DNA of 63,470 nucleotides, filler included, from Octopus bimaculoides (GCF_001194135.2; 9 parts of 9 records of this genome joined end to end with filler, not necessarily neighbours in it), one strand, 5' to 3'. Positions 12,987 to 27,224 are shown, counted from the whole stretch's first letter. Translations and numbers: made by a program. The notes: generated from the letters alone by a model not told the origin.

Positions 12987-13779
12987 ATCTGGTATAAATA
13001 AATCACAGTATGTGTGCATATGGACTAACGAATACATTTCCACAATTCTCAACCGATTTTCACCAAATTTTACACACACATTACTTATATTCCAAGGATG
13101 GTCATGCGCTATAACATTTTGCCCAGAGCTCTCCCGTAAATGGACAAACTGAAAAAAACGGTGGTTTACACGGGTTTTTCTCTAATTCGTTGTGTGTACA
13201 TAATTTTTTGCATACTTTTTTAATCTATACGGTCGTATATTGACATTAGAGAATATTTTTCAGTGGTTTTTAAATCTTTTTATTTATTATTTATTTATAT
13301 ATTGTAATTGTTCCCTTCCCTCACTTCTATTTGTTGATACATTTGTTTACCTACCATTGTGTTGTTTCATTTTAAGGGTGCTTATTTACCCTTCTATTAT
13401 GATTTTTCGAACGCGACATCTTTTCACTGCGAACTGCTAAGGATTCAAAGCATTATTCGTGAACTGAAGTCAAACTCTTCATGTCCTCATTTTTCGTTAC
13501 CTGAAGTCAATTTCAGAGTGATCCTGTAAGCACGTAGCAAATACATTCCTTTAAATCTACTTTTTCAAGTAGGTATTATATTGCCATTTTTGAATGTACC
13601 AATCATACTTCTCTCCGAAAAAATAGCCCCCTTTGCTCTTGAATAACATAAACACGAAGAGGAGAAGTTTCAACGTCTTCCTTCAATTTCCTTACACCAT
13701 TTATGTTGCTGTTTCTGACAAGAAATTTCGCTTTCATGTAAAACAATGATATTTTGTAGTCATTATCCGTAATCTACTC

Positions 13780-13927
13780 ATGTGGTTGAGATGCAAGCTT
13801 CTTACCACACAGCCACGCCTATTAAAAGCAGAGCTAATGTTCTTTTCTACTCTAGGCGCAAGGCCTGAAATTTGGGGGGAGGGGGCCAGTTGATTAGATC
13901 GATTCCAGTGCGCAACTGGTACTTAAT
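13780..13927 (-). mobile_element. SINE A head plus SINE B 3' end
   Basis: GCAAGCTTCTTACCACACAGCCACGCC; TTTTCTACTCTAGGCGCAAGGCCTGAAATTT. Confidence 0.7.
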
Positions 13928-14739
13928 NNNNNNNNNNNNNNNNNNNNNNNNNNNNNNNNNNNNNNNNNNNNNNNNNNNNNNNNNNNNNNNNNNNNNNNNN
14001 NNNNNNNNNNNNNNNNNNNNNNNNNNNNNNNNNNNNNNNNNNNNNNNNNNNNNNNNNNNNNNNNNNNNNNNNNNNNNNNNNNNNNNNNNNNNNNNNNNNN
14101 NNNNNNNNNNNNNNNNNNNNNNNNNNNNNNNNNNNNNNNNNNNNNNNNNNNNNNNNNNNNNNNNNNNNNNNNNNNNNNNNNNNNNNNNNNNNNNNNNNNN
14201 NNNNNNNNNNNNNNNNNNNNNNNNNNNNNNNNNNNNNNNNNNNNNNNNNNNNNNNNNNNNNNNNNNNNNNNNNNNNNNNNNNNNNNNNNNNNNNNNNNNN
14301 NNNNNNNNNNNNNNNNNNNNNNNNNNNNNNNNNNNNNNNNNNNNNNNNNNNNNNNNNNNNNNNNNNNNNNNNNNNNNNNNNNNNNNNNNNNNNNNNNNNN
14401 NNNNNNNNNNNNNNNNNNNNNNNNNNNNNNNNNNNNNNNNNNNNNNNNNNNNNNNNNNNNNNNNNNNNNNNNNNNNNNNNNNNNNNNNNNNNNNNNNNNN
14501 NNNNNNNNNNGCAACAAATTCTCCAAAACAAGTCAGAGATCTGTTTGCAGATCTTCCCATTCAGGGGCAGATGCTTCAAAGCTATATACTAACTTAAAAT
14601 CGCCCTACGGCTTTGTTGACGGCTGGCATAGAAACGGGCAGAATATATTTGTTACAAGAGCGAACCTCGGATAAAATTAAACCAAGAAGTTAAATTCTGT
14701 AGCTTTCCTGAAGATCAACTCCGCTCAGAGCAACAAAAG

Positions 14740-15035
14740 AGATGTTCGGCTCACGATCGTAAGGTTGTGAGTTCAATTCCCGCCGACGCGTTGTGTCCTT
14801 GAGCAAGACACTTTATTTCACATTGCTCCAGTGTACTCAGCTGGCAAAAATGAATCGTACTTGTATTTCAAAGGGCCAGCCTTGGCACATTCTGTGTCAC
14901 GCTGAATCTCTCTGGGAACTACGTTAGGGATACATTTGTTTAAGGAGTGCTGAGCCATTGGCACGTTAATTTCACGAGAGAACTGTTCTGTTGATAGAAG
15001 CAACGAGAACCCTCGTCCCCGTAGCCGAAGAAGTG
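14740..15035 (+). mobile_element. SINE family C variant with a different 3' tail
   Basis: B box GAGTTCAATTCC and TTGTGTCCTTGAGCAAGACACTT core. Confidence 0.75.
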
Positions 15036-15368
15036 CCAGTCACTTACAATTTCAAATAGAATTATATTTCATTTGACCCAGCAAAACATTATATTTTTCT
15101 AGGGATCAAATAATTATAAAAATCTTTTACTTATTATTTTTAGCAGAAGCATTCCTCGTTGAGTCGGCAAATAAAATATCATTTCTAAGGGTCAAAAAAT
15201 CATAAAAATGTCTAACAAGCAGCGAGTCACGGCCAAATTTGCTTTCTTCAAGCAGCGTACAGAAGCAACAACAGCAACAACACAAATGATTACTACAGCA
15301 AATGCTACAACAGCTACTTTAATAACACTATTACAAGTGCTTCCCATTAACTGTGCAAAATTAGTTTC

Positions 15369-15417
<49 letters not shown>

Positions 15418-16962
15418 TTATTATTATTATTATTGGTATTATCATTATTATTATTAATATTATTGTTATTATTAATATTATTGTTATTATAACTTAGAAG
15501 AAATTTGTGACTGCAATTCTATCATTACTACTTCACGTCTAGTAATGGCGCCTGTATCAAATCAAATATTTACTATCCTTCATTGTTTTGCAATCATGAG
15601 GAGCTGCGTCGCATATTGGTCGTTGATGTATGTGTACATCTATGTATATGTGCATGTATGTATGTATGTATGTATGTATGTATTCATGTATGTGTATGTG
15701 TGTGTATGTAATCTGTATCTATCTGTCTATAATGAATGTATGAATGCATGCATGCATATATATATATATATATATNNNNNNNNNNNNNNNNNNNNNNNNN
15801 NNNNNNNNNNNNNNNNNNNNNNNNNNNNNNNNNNNNNNNNNNNNNNNNNNNNNNNNNNNNNNNNNNNNNNNNNNNNNNNNNNNNNNNNNNNNNNNNNNNN
15901 NNNNNNNNNNNNNNNNNNNNNNNNNNNNNNNNNNNNNNNNNNNNNNNNNNNNNNNNNNNNNNNNNNNNNNNNNNNNNNNNNNNNNNNNNNNNNNNNNNNN
16001 NNNNNNNNNNNNNNNNNNNNNNNNNNNNNNNNNNNNNNNNNNNNNNNNNNNNNNNNNNNNNNNNNNNNNNNNNNNNNNNNNNNNNNNNNNNNNNNNNNNN
16101 NNNNNNNNNNNNNNNNNNNNNNNNNNNNNNNNNNNNNNNNNNNNNNNNNNNNNNNNNNNNNNNNNNNNNNNNNNNNNNNNNNNNNNNNNNNNNNNNNNNN
16201 NNNNNNNNNNNNNNNNNNNNNNNNNNNNNNNNNNNNNNNNNNNNNNNNNNNNNNNNNNNNNNNNNNNNNNNNNNNNNNNNNNNNNNNNNNNNNNNNNNNN
16301 NNNNNNNNNNNNNNNNNNNNNNNNNNNNNNNNNNNNNNNNNNNNNNNNNNNNNNNNNNNNNNNNNNNNNNNNNNNNNNNNNNNNNNNNNNNNNNNNNNNN
16401 NNNNNNNNNNNNNNNNNNNNNNNNNNNNNNNNNNNNNNNNNNNNNNNNNNNNNNNNNNNNNNNNNNNNNNNNNNNNNNNNNNNNNNNNNNNNNNNNNNNN
16501 NNNNNNNNNNNNNNNNNNNNNNNNNNNNNNNNNNNNNNNNNNNNNNNNNNNNNNNNNNNNNNNNNNNNNNNNNNNNNNNNNNNNNNNNNNNNNNNNNNNN
16601 NNNNNNNNNNNNNNNNNNNNNNNNNNNNNNNNNNNNNNNNNNNNNNNNNNNNNNNNNNNNNNNNTTCATATTCAAAAGAGACAGAGACTTCAAATTCGAT
16701 ATAGCGATTTATTCACCACTCTATGTTAACATTTCTGTGCCAAACTTATCCAGTGACTGCTCCATTGGGTTTAGACATTTGGCACTTCTTCAGGAGTGGT
16801 TACCTTTCGAACAAAACACGCAAAAACACATACATAACTATTATTAAGTCTTTAGGATCTCGTTAGCTTTCGTCTTTGTTATTATAGGGGAGATAACTCC
16901 TTAATTTTCTATTTTTATTGCTCTCCTGTGGAAAAATTATTATATATATATATATATATATA

Positions 16963-18112
16963 AATTAAGGCAATCGAAGTTTCAGGCTTTAATAACTATC
17001 GATAAATGTGATAAGATAAGAAAATTATACATCATTATAAAAGCTTAGTGTGTCTTCTTTTTGTTTCAGACTAAATAAATTCAGATTTATAAATTCGATA
17101 ATGGCTATAGACCGAAATGCAATCATGACTCTCCACAAAATAGGTGAAAGTAATACAGCTATAGCAAAAAAAGCTTAAAATTAATCGAACAACATTCTGG
17201 AAGATTGTCAAGAAATTTCAAGAGGCTAGTTCCACCACGGATTAACCTGGACCTGGCCGAAACAGAAATGTGCGGACTCCTCAGCTTATCAAATGTATCA
17301 GAGAAAAGATTCGGCGAAATCCTCCTCGTTCCGTCTGAAAACTAATGTATCCGCAGTCATGAGCTCACGCGAGTTTATAAGGTCATGAGACTGGAAAGAA
17401 GTCATCTTATCCTGCGTCAGTTTGCTGATAGTACGCTGCTCCGCCTGGTGTTCACTGATGAAAAGAAATATGACATCGAACAGATAGTAAACTACCAGAA
17501 TGACTGACTTTGGAGTATATCTAGCTCTGACAAGGGTAGATTCGTAATTCGACGTCAAAATTCACAATCAGTTGTCGTTTGGGCGGCTGTGGTTTGGGCA
17601 CTGTCGGATGTTAAAATTAACACCCAACGATACCTTAGCGACATTCTGGAAGATGAACTGCTTCCATGGACAAATGAGCACTTTAGGGTCTTCAATAGGA
17701 CTCGACACCATCCCACAGCTCCAAACAGACACAACACTGGATTCAGAAAAACATCCCGTCTTTCATAGGCAAGAATGTATGGCCCTCAAGAAGCCCTGAT
17801 CTCAACCCGTTGGATTTCTCTGTTTGGCCCATTTTGGAGACGAGGGTCTCTAGCATTCCTCATGCTTCGCTCGGCACTCTGAACGCAAAAATGCGCCAGG
17901 AATGGGCTTCGATTCCCAAACAACAGCTGTGTGCTGCGTGTGAAGCATTCGCACCTAGACTTAAGGCTGTGATTCGAAACAGAGGCGGTCATATCGAATA
18001 AAGGCGGTAGTGTCATAATTGTACTTCGTTTACCGTTGCATTGCAACGTTCGGACCAGAAATATAACAATATTTTGCGTTGGCAAAATTGAAAAAAATTG
18101 GTTGCCTTAATT
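16963..18112 (+). mobile_element. maT/DD37D transposon with TIRs and a decayed transposase
   Basis: TA-flanked TIR AATTAAGGCAA(T/C)C at both ends. Motifs: RNAIMTLHKIG (HTH), IREKIRRNP, FTDEKKYDIEQIVNYQND, FQ*DSTPSH, WPSRSPDLNPLDFSVW, RLKAVIRNRGGHIE. Confidence 0.9.
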
Positions 18113-18329
18113 TAGACAGGTCGATATATATATTATGATTTCCCTTAAACATAGTGATACTAATAACTAGTTTTACCATGCTTCATAGTAAAATGTTAGG
18201 CGAATAGAGAGAGCGTAATAATAATTAATGAAGGCCAAGAGAACAGATGTTACGTAATCATCTTAATTGGCAGTTTTTTGCTATAAGAAGCATTACAATC
18301 GCAGCTGAGTGCATCTGCGTGTGCACAGC

Positions 18330-18475
18330 TGGTGGTGGTGGTGGTGGTCGTCGTCGTCGTCGTCGTCGTCGTCGTGGTCGTGGTGGTCGTGGTGGTCGTG
18401 TTGGTGGTGGTGGTGGTGATGATGATGGTGATGATGATGATGATGATGAGGAGGAGGAGGAGGAGGGGGAGGAGA
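18330..18475. repeat. Compound trinucleotide microsatellite (GGT)(CGT)(GAT)(GAG)
   Basis: Read directly from the sequence. Confidence 0.95.
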
Positions 18476-20104
18476 AGGATAGCTGGCAGAATTGTTAACA
18501 CNNNNNNNNNNNNNNNNNNNNNNNNNNNNNNNNNNNNNNNNNNNNTTAATTAATTAANNNNNNNNNNNNNNNNNNNNNNNNNNNNNNNNNNNNNNNNNNN
18601 NATATATATACACAACCATCCTTCCTTCTATCCAACCATCCATCCTACCTTCCATCCATCCATCCATCCATCCATCCATCCATCCATCCACCCACCCATC
18701 CATCCATACATACATACATATAGCCTTTCATGTTTTTGCTCTTTTCGAGGCCGTCAGTTGCTGAACCACCTGTTTCAATCAGTATCGGTAGTTTTCTTAT
18801 ATGAAAATTACATCATACATTAAGGTTAATTTTTTGTTATGCAAAAGTCTGGTTTCCTTTTACGATTTTTTTTTTTGTGACAAGATTTGATTCCGTCTTT
18901 CAACGCGTTTTTTACTCTCGGGAGTTTTTTTATTCCCATAACTTTGAAATGTTTGTTCCTCGTTTTACCAGAATATGTTTGACAATAAAAATCATGGCTT
19001 TTGTAAATTTGGACATATTCAATGAATCTAGATTGTATTACTCAATAAGTTACTATAGTGCTATGTCATTCTGTGGTATTCGAAAGTATAGAACGTGTTC
19101 GGCTTGTAAATCCCTTTGTCGTTTGCTTTACAGACGACTTTGTGGAATTTCAGATTCAAGTGATCGGTATGTTGAACCATTAATGTGAACCATTCATTTA
19201 CAAACTACTGAAGTGTACAGTTACCTGGAAGCTGGTCACCAAAATCTGGTGCGGGTGTCAATAAGTATATCTCACATATAACAATTAACATATGTATGTA
19301 TGTATGTATTTATACATGTATGCGTGGATGTAAAGGCACCTATACGCACGCGCACACACACTCACATACATAGACATACATGCACACACGCATATGTATA
19401 TATTAGACATTGACGGACAGACAGACAATGAGAGAGAGCTAAAGGTGGAAGCGTAAACAGACTGTAGCAAGAATTATCCGATGACAAATTTATATTATTG
19501 ATTTATCCTTTAATACTTTTGTGCAGTTATATTTAGTTGTCAAACCAATTCAAATAATGATCAGTCACCTTTCTCTTGGTTTCATTCTTTCTCTTCTATC
19601 CTCGTCTTTCGCTCTCTCCCTCGCTCTCTGTTATTCATTATGAACTTGTTTCTCCCACTGGCTTCTCTTATCTGACATTTGACTCTCCTTCTTTGTTTGA
19701 TAACGATATTGTTTCCCTCATAAATATTTATTCAATTATTTTACTTTTGTAGTCCATGAATTTTTATTTTATGTTAATACACACAAGAGGCCTCTTGCAC
19801 ATTCCTACTCACTATACCTTGCTTTCTCTCGTGATTGTATTTATTATTTATTTTCGTCTTCTTATCCATTCTCTCACGTTTGTTTGGGCGACAAATTGGA
19901 AGAATTGGTTGAGAATCGAGCTAGCATTATTTGTTCCTGCACTTTGCAGTGTTAGTTCAATTCTTGATGCAATCAACGTTGCTTTCCTTCATTTCGACGT
20001 CGACGAAGTGAAAAAAATAATATTTTTCGAATACTTTTACCAATTTCATTGCTTGTCGTTCTGAAGCACCGAGTAATAGGTAACACCACATCACAGTCCA
20101 ACCT

Positions 20105-20365
20105 AGGGCTTTGACAGTGGAAGTGAATGACTTAATGCTCATAATCGTAAGATTGTGGTTTCGATTCCTGGAACGGGCGACGCGTTATGTTCTTCAGCAA
20201 AACACTTCATTTCACGTTACTCCAGTCCACTCAGCTGGCAACAATGAGTAAACCTGTGACGGACCGGCGTCCCTTCCCGGTGCGGAATATATACGCCAGT
20301 GAAACCGGGAAACCGGCCCTTATGAGTCAGCATGACTCGAGAATGTAACTTTATATTTTACTTTC
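20105..20365 (+). mobile_element. SINE family C, full length
   Basis: Head, core and ATGAGTCAGCATGACTCG hairpin with an AACTTT...ACTTT tail. Confidence 0.85.
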
Positions 20366-20466
20366 AGGGCTTCGATCAAAGGTGACTTTACACAGTGAAT
20401 AGAATTGGTTTCAGTCACAGACATAGTATGTCTATAGTTGTACTATATTTCTCTAACACACACATA

Positions 20467-20534
<68 letters not shown>

Positions 20535-21847
20535 GAGAGAGAGAACTACACACATGCACATGCACTCACACATTCAGTTTCATTCAGCAGAATCCATCGT
20601 AAGGAATATTGCAAAAGAAAGAAAAGAAAAAAAGAGAAATTATTTCACATTTACTAATTTCTGTTCGGTCAATCTTCCCTTATCAATTCCTATTTTTTTC
20701 CATTACGTCTTATTCCATCTCTTACCGACAATCTAATTTCTGTTCACCTATATCCGGTAATGAATTCAATCAGTTCCAGCCTACCATAGTCGTCAATTCT
20801 ATCTATTCTGCATTCTAAATTTCACCACTGATTGATGTCATCGGAGATTGGCGATACGAATAGTTACCATAAGTGGCACTGGGATATTCATGACGATTGG
20901 CACCTCCCTGTCGCCACTAGTTTCGATGATTTTGCAGCTAGCAATATTGCATTAAGTGTAGTTTTCTGTTCTACTACACTGCGGTGGCAATATGATAGAG
21001 AATTCGCGATATCTTTGTTATATCGTAGAAGCACGAAGAAAAGTTGAAATTTTGGATGATAACAACTATAAATTACCATATACAAGTGATTGTATTTGCA
21101 TATTATCATGTGATTGATTATTCGAGTGAGTTCATTAGAAATGTAATTCAGTTGAATGCTTGGATCTCGGATGCAGAGCAGCCCTGATACAAATAAAGAT
21201 ATCACGGAATAGATTATCTATGCAGGTCTTGGCATCAAACATTTTCACCGAGCGCATAATTTAATAATTTCCACAAAAATTCAGTATAGCACTGTATTAA
21301 ATGATAAATCAGTAGAAGCGAATTAAAGCATGAAAAAGAAAAAGCAGGGAAGTGGGGCATAAAATATCCTACAGTTTATACTACCAGGAACTATAGTTAG
21401 TAAGAAGCTTCCTATCTTTAATTTCGAAGTCTTTCTAATTTGGTCACAAGATCCCATATCATTTCAGATTGAATAATCCCAACTTTAACTGCAGTTGCGT
21501 ATTTAGTATATGAGAAATCATCTACTACTAAACTATTTGTTGAAAACACTATATCCATAGTCCTAATCGATGGATATCTTACATTCCATTGTGAATGTAG
21601 GCTTTGTGAACGGAGGCATAAAGAATGCCTTCAACTGCATGCATCTAGACAACATATTAGAAGTCAGCTATAGTCCGAATTCCGACTACCTGTTGCCTTA
21701 TTTAAGCCTCGAGTAACCAAACGTGCACCAATAACATATGTTGTACGGCCATGCATTAGAATTGATACCCAGGCCCAGTTCTCTTTGCATTTGGGACGAT
21801 ATGACAGATGGTAACACGTTGATCTTTTGATGTTTGGTAATGAGAAG

Positions 21848-22031
21848 GAAGCGAGGTGGCAGAATCGTCAGCACACCGGGCAAAATGCATAGCGGCATTA
21901 CATTCATCTGAGTTCAAATTCCGCCTTAGGGATCGATAAAATAGGTACCGGTTGAGCTCTTGAGTCGATGTAATTGACTTAACCATTCCCCGTGTGCTTG
22001 CTGGTTTGTGTCAAAAATTAAAACTAGTATT
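21848..22031 (+). mobile_element. SINE family B, internally deleted
   Basis: GGCAGAATCGTCAGC...GAGTTCAAATTCCGCC...GATCGATAAAATAGGTACC. Confidence 0.75.
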
Positions 22032-22724
22032 TGGTACTGAGACCATACGAGTATGGACAAACTTGCTCACACAATGTAAAACGATTTATCCTCAACAACG
22101 CTTGCTTCTCGAAGTTTCAAGATAAAAATTAACTAAATGCTGAGGTTATTTAATGTCAATTATGACGAAAATAGTTCCGGTGCCATCGTTAACAACGTGC
22201 TTCAAATGTATGTGCCTCTAAAAACACCTCATAAACTTCGGTTTTATGTCACTCGACCTGCCGTTCGACTGATATTTTGAAATTCAAGCTGAACCAGCAC
22301 GGTACACACTCAAAAGGCTATGTATTAAACATGTGTATGAGGCATTCAGTCTCTTGGAAGTCTGCTCTAATCGTGTAATTTTGTCAGCGTTGGATGCCGA
22401 GTCTTTTGACGACGTAAATGTTGTTTCGGGTATGCAGTAGATCTTGGATTCTACCCATTTGTTTTACTGCCTTAGCACCGGCGCATCCTTAAGCATGATA
22501 CATAAACCTTGTTTGGAAACAGCTGTACATCATTGCAAATGGACACCAAGTTGTTAAGATTCAGATAAAGCAATATACCAGGCTATATACAATCTATGCC
22601 GTTCCCAGATGGCAAGCCTCTCATATGAGATGTGATCTCCGGAAACTTGCTGAAATGACAGCAGACCTTCGTTACCTGTCCAGGGTTTGTGCCATTGAGC
22701 AACTCAAAAATGACGAACCCATCA

Positions 22725-23310
22725 AAGGAACACAATACCATTCCTCGTAACACACAATCCGCATCACCAAAATATTTTTAACATCATCAAAACATATTTG
22801 CCAATCATAAAACAGTGAAAAATTAAAAAGAACATAACTAATCACTTATCTTAAGCAAAAGGCAATAACATAACCTAAAGAAACTATTAACAAAGCAAAA
22901 TTCGACATGAACAAACGAGATAACACATTCACAGTATCCAAGTGTAATGATAATAGATGTGGAACCTGTCAATACATGCATACGGGTAGATACATTAGAA
23001 CAAAAGATATGAACTGAAAAACGAATTTGATCTACTGCATTAAATGCGCGAATTGCGAAGAATTATATATAGGCGAGACAAGGAATGCATTATCGGAACG
23101 CTCACGAGTCCACAGACAACAGATCCGGAACACCAATGTTCACCAAATTCCATTGAGCGAACATATAGAGACATGTAGTCAGAAAATGTTTTTAATTTTT
23201 CCTTTCCACAAACTACGTGACACAAGTGAGGTTCGAAGAAAGATAAAAGTAAAGCGATTTATTAAAATGTTCAAACCAGTTCTGAGCGGAAATAACAGCA
23301 ATAATGTAAC
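22725..23310 (+). mobile_element. Penelope-like element (Neptune-type) 3' fragment with GIY-YIG endonuclease
   Basis: PFLVTHNP...NIFNIIK thumb region, KCNDNRCGTC cysteine motif, then IYCIKCANCEELYIGETRNALSERSRVHRQQI. Confidence 0.85.
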
Positions 23311-23935
23311 AACCACTTAATGATGTGGATTAATAAATATAGACAAGTTAGAGAATATCGATACACCTGGCAAACCGTGATGTTTAAGAGCATAAGGATT
23401 GTTCAAAAAAGGTATTCTAAAAGTTCAGCTCGCTGGAGCGTTCTAAGAGGTACTACTGTCAATTTAACACACTTGAAATCTCATCAGTATACTATGTATG
23501 AAAGCGCTAATTTTGTTAAAATACCACAATAAAAAATGTGAAGACCAGACAATGTTTTAATTATATATATATGAAAGTGCATGAGAATCACTTAATACAG
23601 TTTTTGAAGAGTGTATAAAATTTTTTTTTTTAAATCTTATGAAATCCTTTATGAGGATGTTACTAATCTTCTTGGAGAAGTTTTTTCCTACTGTGTGAGC
23701 CTTTCGTTTAACCCTTTCAAAAACACATACACGCACGCACACGCATACATACATACACACACACACGCACGACAGTTAGAGACATCCTTGGAGCCTCCGT
23801 CATTCAAAGGTATACATGTCTACATGAATATGCAGTTATACATAACCATTTTAAGAAAGGCTAACATTTAATTATCACTTCTTCAAACCAGAGATGTTTA
23901 TCCAAGAATATGCAAACCAAACTGAATAGATACAC

Positions 23936-24029
23936 CTTGGCAGCAGTGTCATCTGAGACGCTGCTGTGATGCGATAAAGATCCTGAGCAGATGCCACAAG
24001 ATATTTCGCCTGACACACTAACAGATCTC
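23936..24029 (-). CDS. Weak candidate exon (two open frames)
   Basis: Acceptor TGTATTTTCAG|G and donor CAAG|GTGTAT; 94 nt of unique, GC-richer sequence. Separated from the main exons by artificial linkers. Confidence 0.25.
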
Positions 24030-26326
24030 CTGAAAATACATTGCGAAGCTGACATCTGTGGGATTGAACTCTGAGTGAAGAATCTGTACAGTCACTGCAT
24101 AGTGTTCACTCCAATATTCTAAAGACACTGCCATTTAACACACCCACACACCGCTCGCGTGCACACACACATATACACATACACAAATACATGCATACAC
24201 ACACAGTACACACCACCGCAATACACACACATACAGGCACAGACAATTTTGTCCATTTTTCTGCAAAATATTCGTACGCCTTTCTTCCTATCGACACAAT
24301 TCACACAAATATTGAGTATATATGTCTCATCAGCTTTTACGTCATCAGAATAATTGTTCATAATGATCATAACTCTTTGATTTCAATAATAGGTTACAAC
24401 TAACGGTAAATAGTGCATGTTTCTTATGTTTCACTTATTAAAACCTAACTTTAATGATGAAGAATATATTTCTTAGTCACATTTCAGTACGCATAAATAA
24501 CATTTCCTAAACTATGTATGTTGTTCGGTCGATATCCAAATTCAATAAAGGTAATACATCGTAACATAGCTCGCTCTTAACTCTGAAGTTCACGCTTCCT
24601 TTCCTGAAGTTCTAATAGTTCTTCCTGTGTAATGTTTTGCACACAATCATTTAAATTTAGAAGTGATTTCTTACATATCTGCATACATAAATCAAATGCA
24701 GAGCTTCGCTCAAAGAACAAATCTTAAGAATGATACTCCAAATATTTCCTAGGAAACCGATCAATTATATTCTACTTGCAATCTAACATTCCCTTAGCAA
24801 ACATGGTTTTCATTTTCTTTTATCCCTCGTATTATATAATATTACGGACATATTTGTAAAAAAACTAATAATACTCAGACTTAAAAGTGTATGTTATGTA
24901 TAATCTATCTTAAAATATGTACATAGCTCTGTATAGCATTAAATGCAGTACAGCATAATTGGTAACTACGTTTCTAAAGAGAACATATCTAAATGCATTT
25001 CTTAATCGTGAAAATAGACAGGCTAACAAATACAGTTTCGGTTGTGATTAAGTATACAGCTTTTATTACATAATATATCTTTGTTACTAATATTCCGTTG
25101 TGTAATTCCGAATATCTGGTATTCCGATCTGGGATATTGATTCAATAATTTAAGCTTGTGGAACTTGGATAACCAGGAATAAAATAATAGCTTTGTTGGT
25201 TTGAAGAATGTTGTGAATTGATTGTAAGATCCTTCCCCGATGTGACATAAGTAAACTAAAGAAAACTGTGAATCGATTCTGTACCGTAGATACAGTTTCC
25301 GTTGTGATTATTTCCCGAGATAAGATACCACAGTTAGTTTACACAAAGGCACAAACATTTATACTGATGTGATTGCGATACGTATTGAAACTGGAACACG
25401 AATACAGCTATCTCCTGGTCTTCATGGACAAACATATGGATTGTTTATTCCTTAATTTCATGCCAAGTCCATGCACTACTAATTCTAGATTTTTTTAATT
25501 ATTTCCACTTTTCGTTCGGAGCCAGTCGCAATTGCCACTAGAGGTAATATCAATATAAGAACAATTTATACGGTATGAGGTTTAGTATACCTTTCGTCAT
25601 TTTTGCTGTTGAAATACAAACGGCCATATAGCTATTTTTCTCAGCTAATTTTCATCACACTCCCCAACAACCGCCAACGCAAGCAGTAGATTTAGAGATG
25701 ACTTAATTGTGTGAATTTCAAATGCCGGGTTTTCCATTATTGTCTACTTGTTGAAGTCAACTGTAGCTTTTTATGAATCAAGAATAATTTACGTATGAGC
25801 AAGTCAAAATCGATTCACTTTTAAAATTCAAGATTAGTGTACAGTTGTAAATTATATGGAGATTCCCTGTAAGACAGAGGGAGGAAATGTTAGCTCCATT
25901 CCTAAATGCTCGTGTTTAATACCATCATGTCCATGTTATGCTGATGACAAATTGAGATGTACAGGTGCAAACGATATTTCAAAATTATCTATGAGATTTA
26001 TATTGCTTGTTGGCGTATTGCATGTTGCGACATCAAATTGTTATACAACTCTTTTTTGTAGAACATTTAGACTTCTGCAGGATAAAGTCTATACTTCGGA
26101 AATTGAATACCGGTTTCCTTTAACTCTCATTTTGATTATAGCATATTTATATTTACGATCATTAAGACACATGAAATGTGCTTTATGCAGACTATGCACT
26201 TATAAACATTGGTGAATGTAAAAATGTATATACGACAGAATTTGATTAAATTCCAGGTCAGTGAATTTTGCTTGATCAGTCAGACTCGAACTGTGAGCAA
26301 TTACAAGTAAACCCGGTCCAGATATA

Positions 26327-27224
26327 CGAGGTGATATCAAAATATTCACGTACTAGTTCCGTAACATACCAACAGATGGCAGAAAGCGGTTGCGGGCGCA
26401 GTCAGACGTAGGATTGACCTTCATGAGGCAGTATGCCGAGAGACATCGTTGTGTTTATTTCACAAGTTGTGAAATTTGTGATTTTGTGATCACGTGTATG
26501 CTGTAGTCTGCGATTTTTGTCATGGACAGGAAATTGGAACAAAGACCCAACGTGAAATTTCGGAAGTCTGCTACAGAGACATTGTGCATGATTCGGCAAG
26601 CTTGAGGCAATGGGTCGTACGCAATATTTCGAGTGGCACCGACATTTCAAAGTGTACAACAGCGCTGCAGTTCAATCGAGAGCATGCTCATCGATTTTTC
26701 CCGTCAACGGCGATATTGTGCATCAACAAATCGTTCCTCAGGGCCATACCATAAATGAGGAGTTTCTACTGCGACGTTTTGAAGAGTTTGACGGAGTGCA
26801 TTCGAGCGGATCTGTGGAATGCGAAGAATAGGATTCTTCACGACGACAATGCACCCTGTCACCAAGCTGTCCTGATTTTGGCGTGAGTATCTCTCTCTCA
26901 AAAAAAAAAAAAAAGGCATCACTTCTACAACCGCCCTATTCACCAGATCTAGTACCTGCAGACTTCCATCTCTTCTCAAAGATGAAAATGTAGCTCAAAG
27001 GTCACCGTTTTGACACCAGTGTCGAGATCCACAGCGAATCACCGAAGACCCTTGGCAAGCTTAGAGAAAACGACTTCCAAGCCGGATTACAAAAGTGACA
27101 GGAACGCTGGGACTGATGCATTGCTGTACAAGGTGACTATTTCGAAGATGATGATAAAACTTACGTAAATAGGTTATGTTTTTACCAAACATAACTAACC
27201 CGGGAACTTTTTGATACCACCTCG
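26327..27224 (+). mobile_element. Mariner (DD34D) element, internally deleted, with TA target duplication
   Basis: TA|CGAGGTGATATCAAAATATTC versus right-end reverse complement TA|CGAGGTGGTATCAAAAAGTTC. Motifs MDRKLEQRPNVKF, ILHDDNAPCH, QPPYSPDLVPADF. Confidence 0.9.

Noticed and set aside
20832-21060. Unique GC-richer segment with short open frames on both strands
   Set aside because: There is no convincing acceptor and donor pair in one open frame and no recognisable motif.
21612-21648. Hairpin GGAGGCAT-AAAGA-ATGCCTTC followed 12 nt later by CTAG, like a Helitron 3' end
   Set aside because: The next base is A rather than the expected T, and no 5' TC end or other support was found.
24318-24350. 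Two CTGATGA motifs on the minus strand
   Set aside because: No GAAA and helix III downstream, so not a hammerhead.
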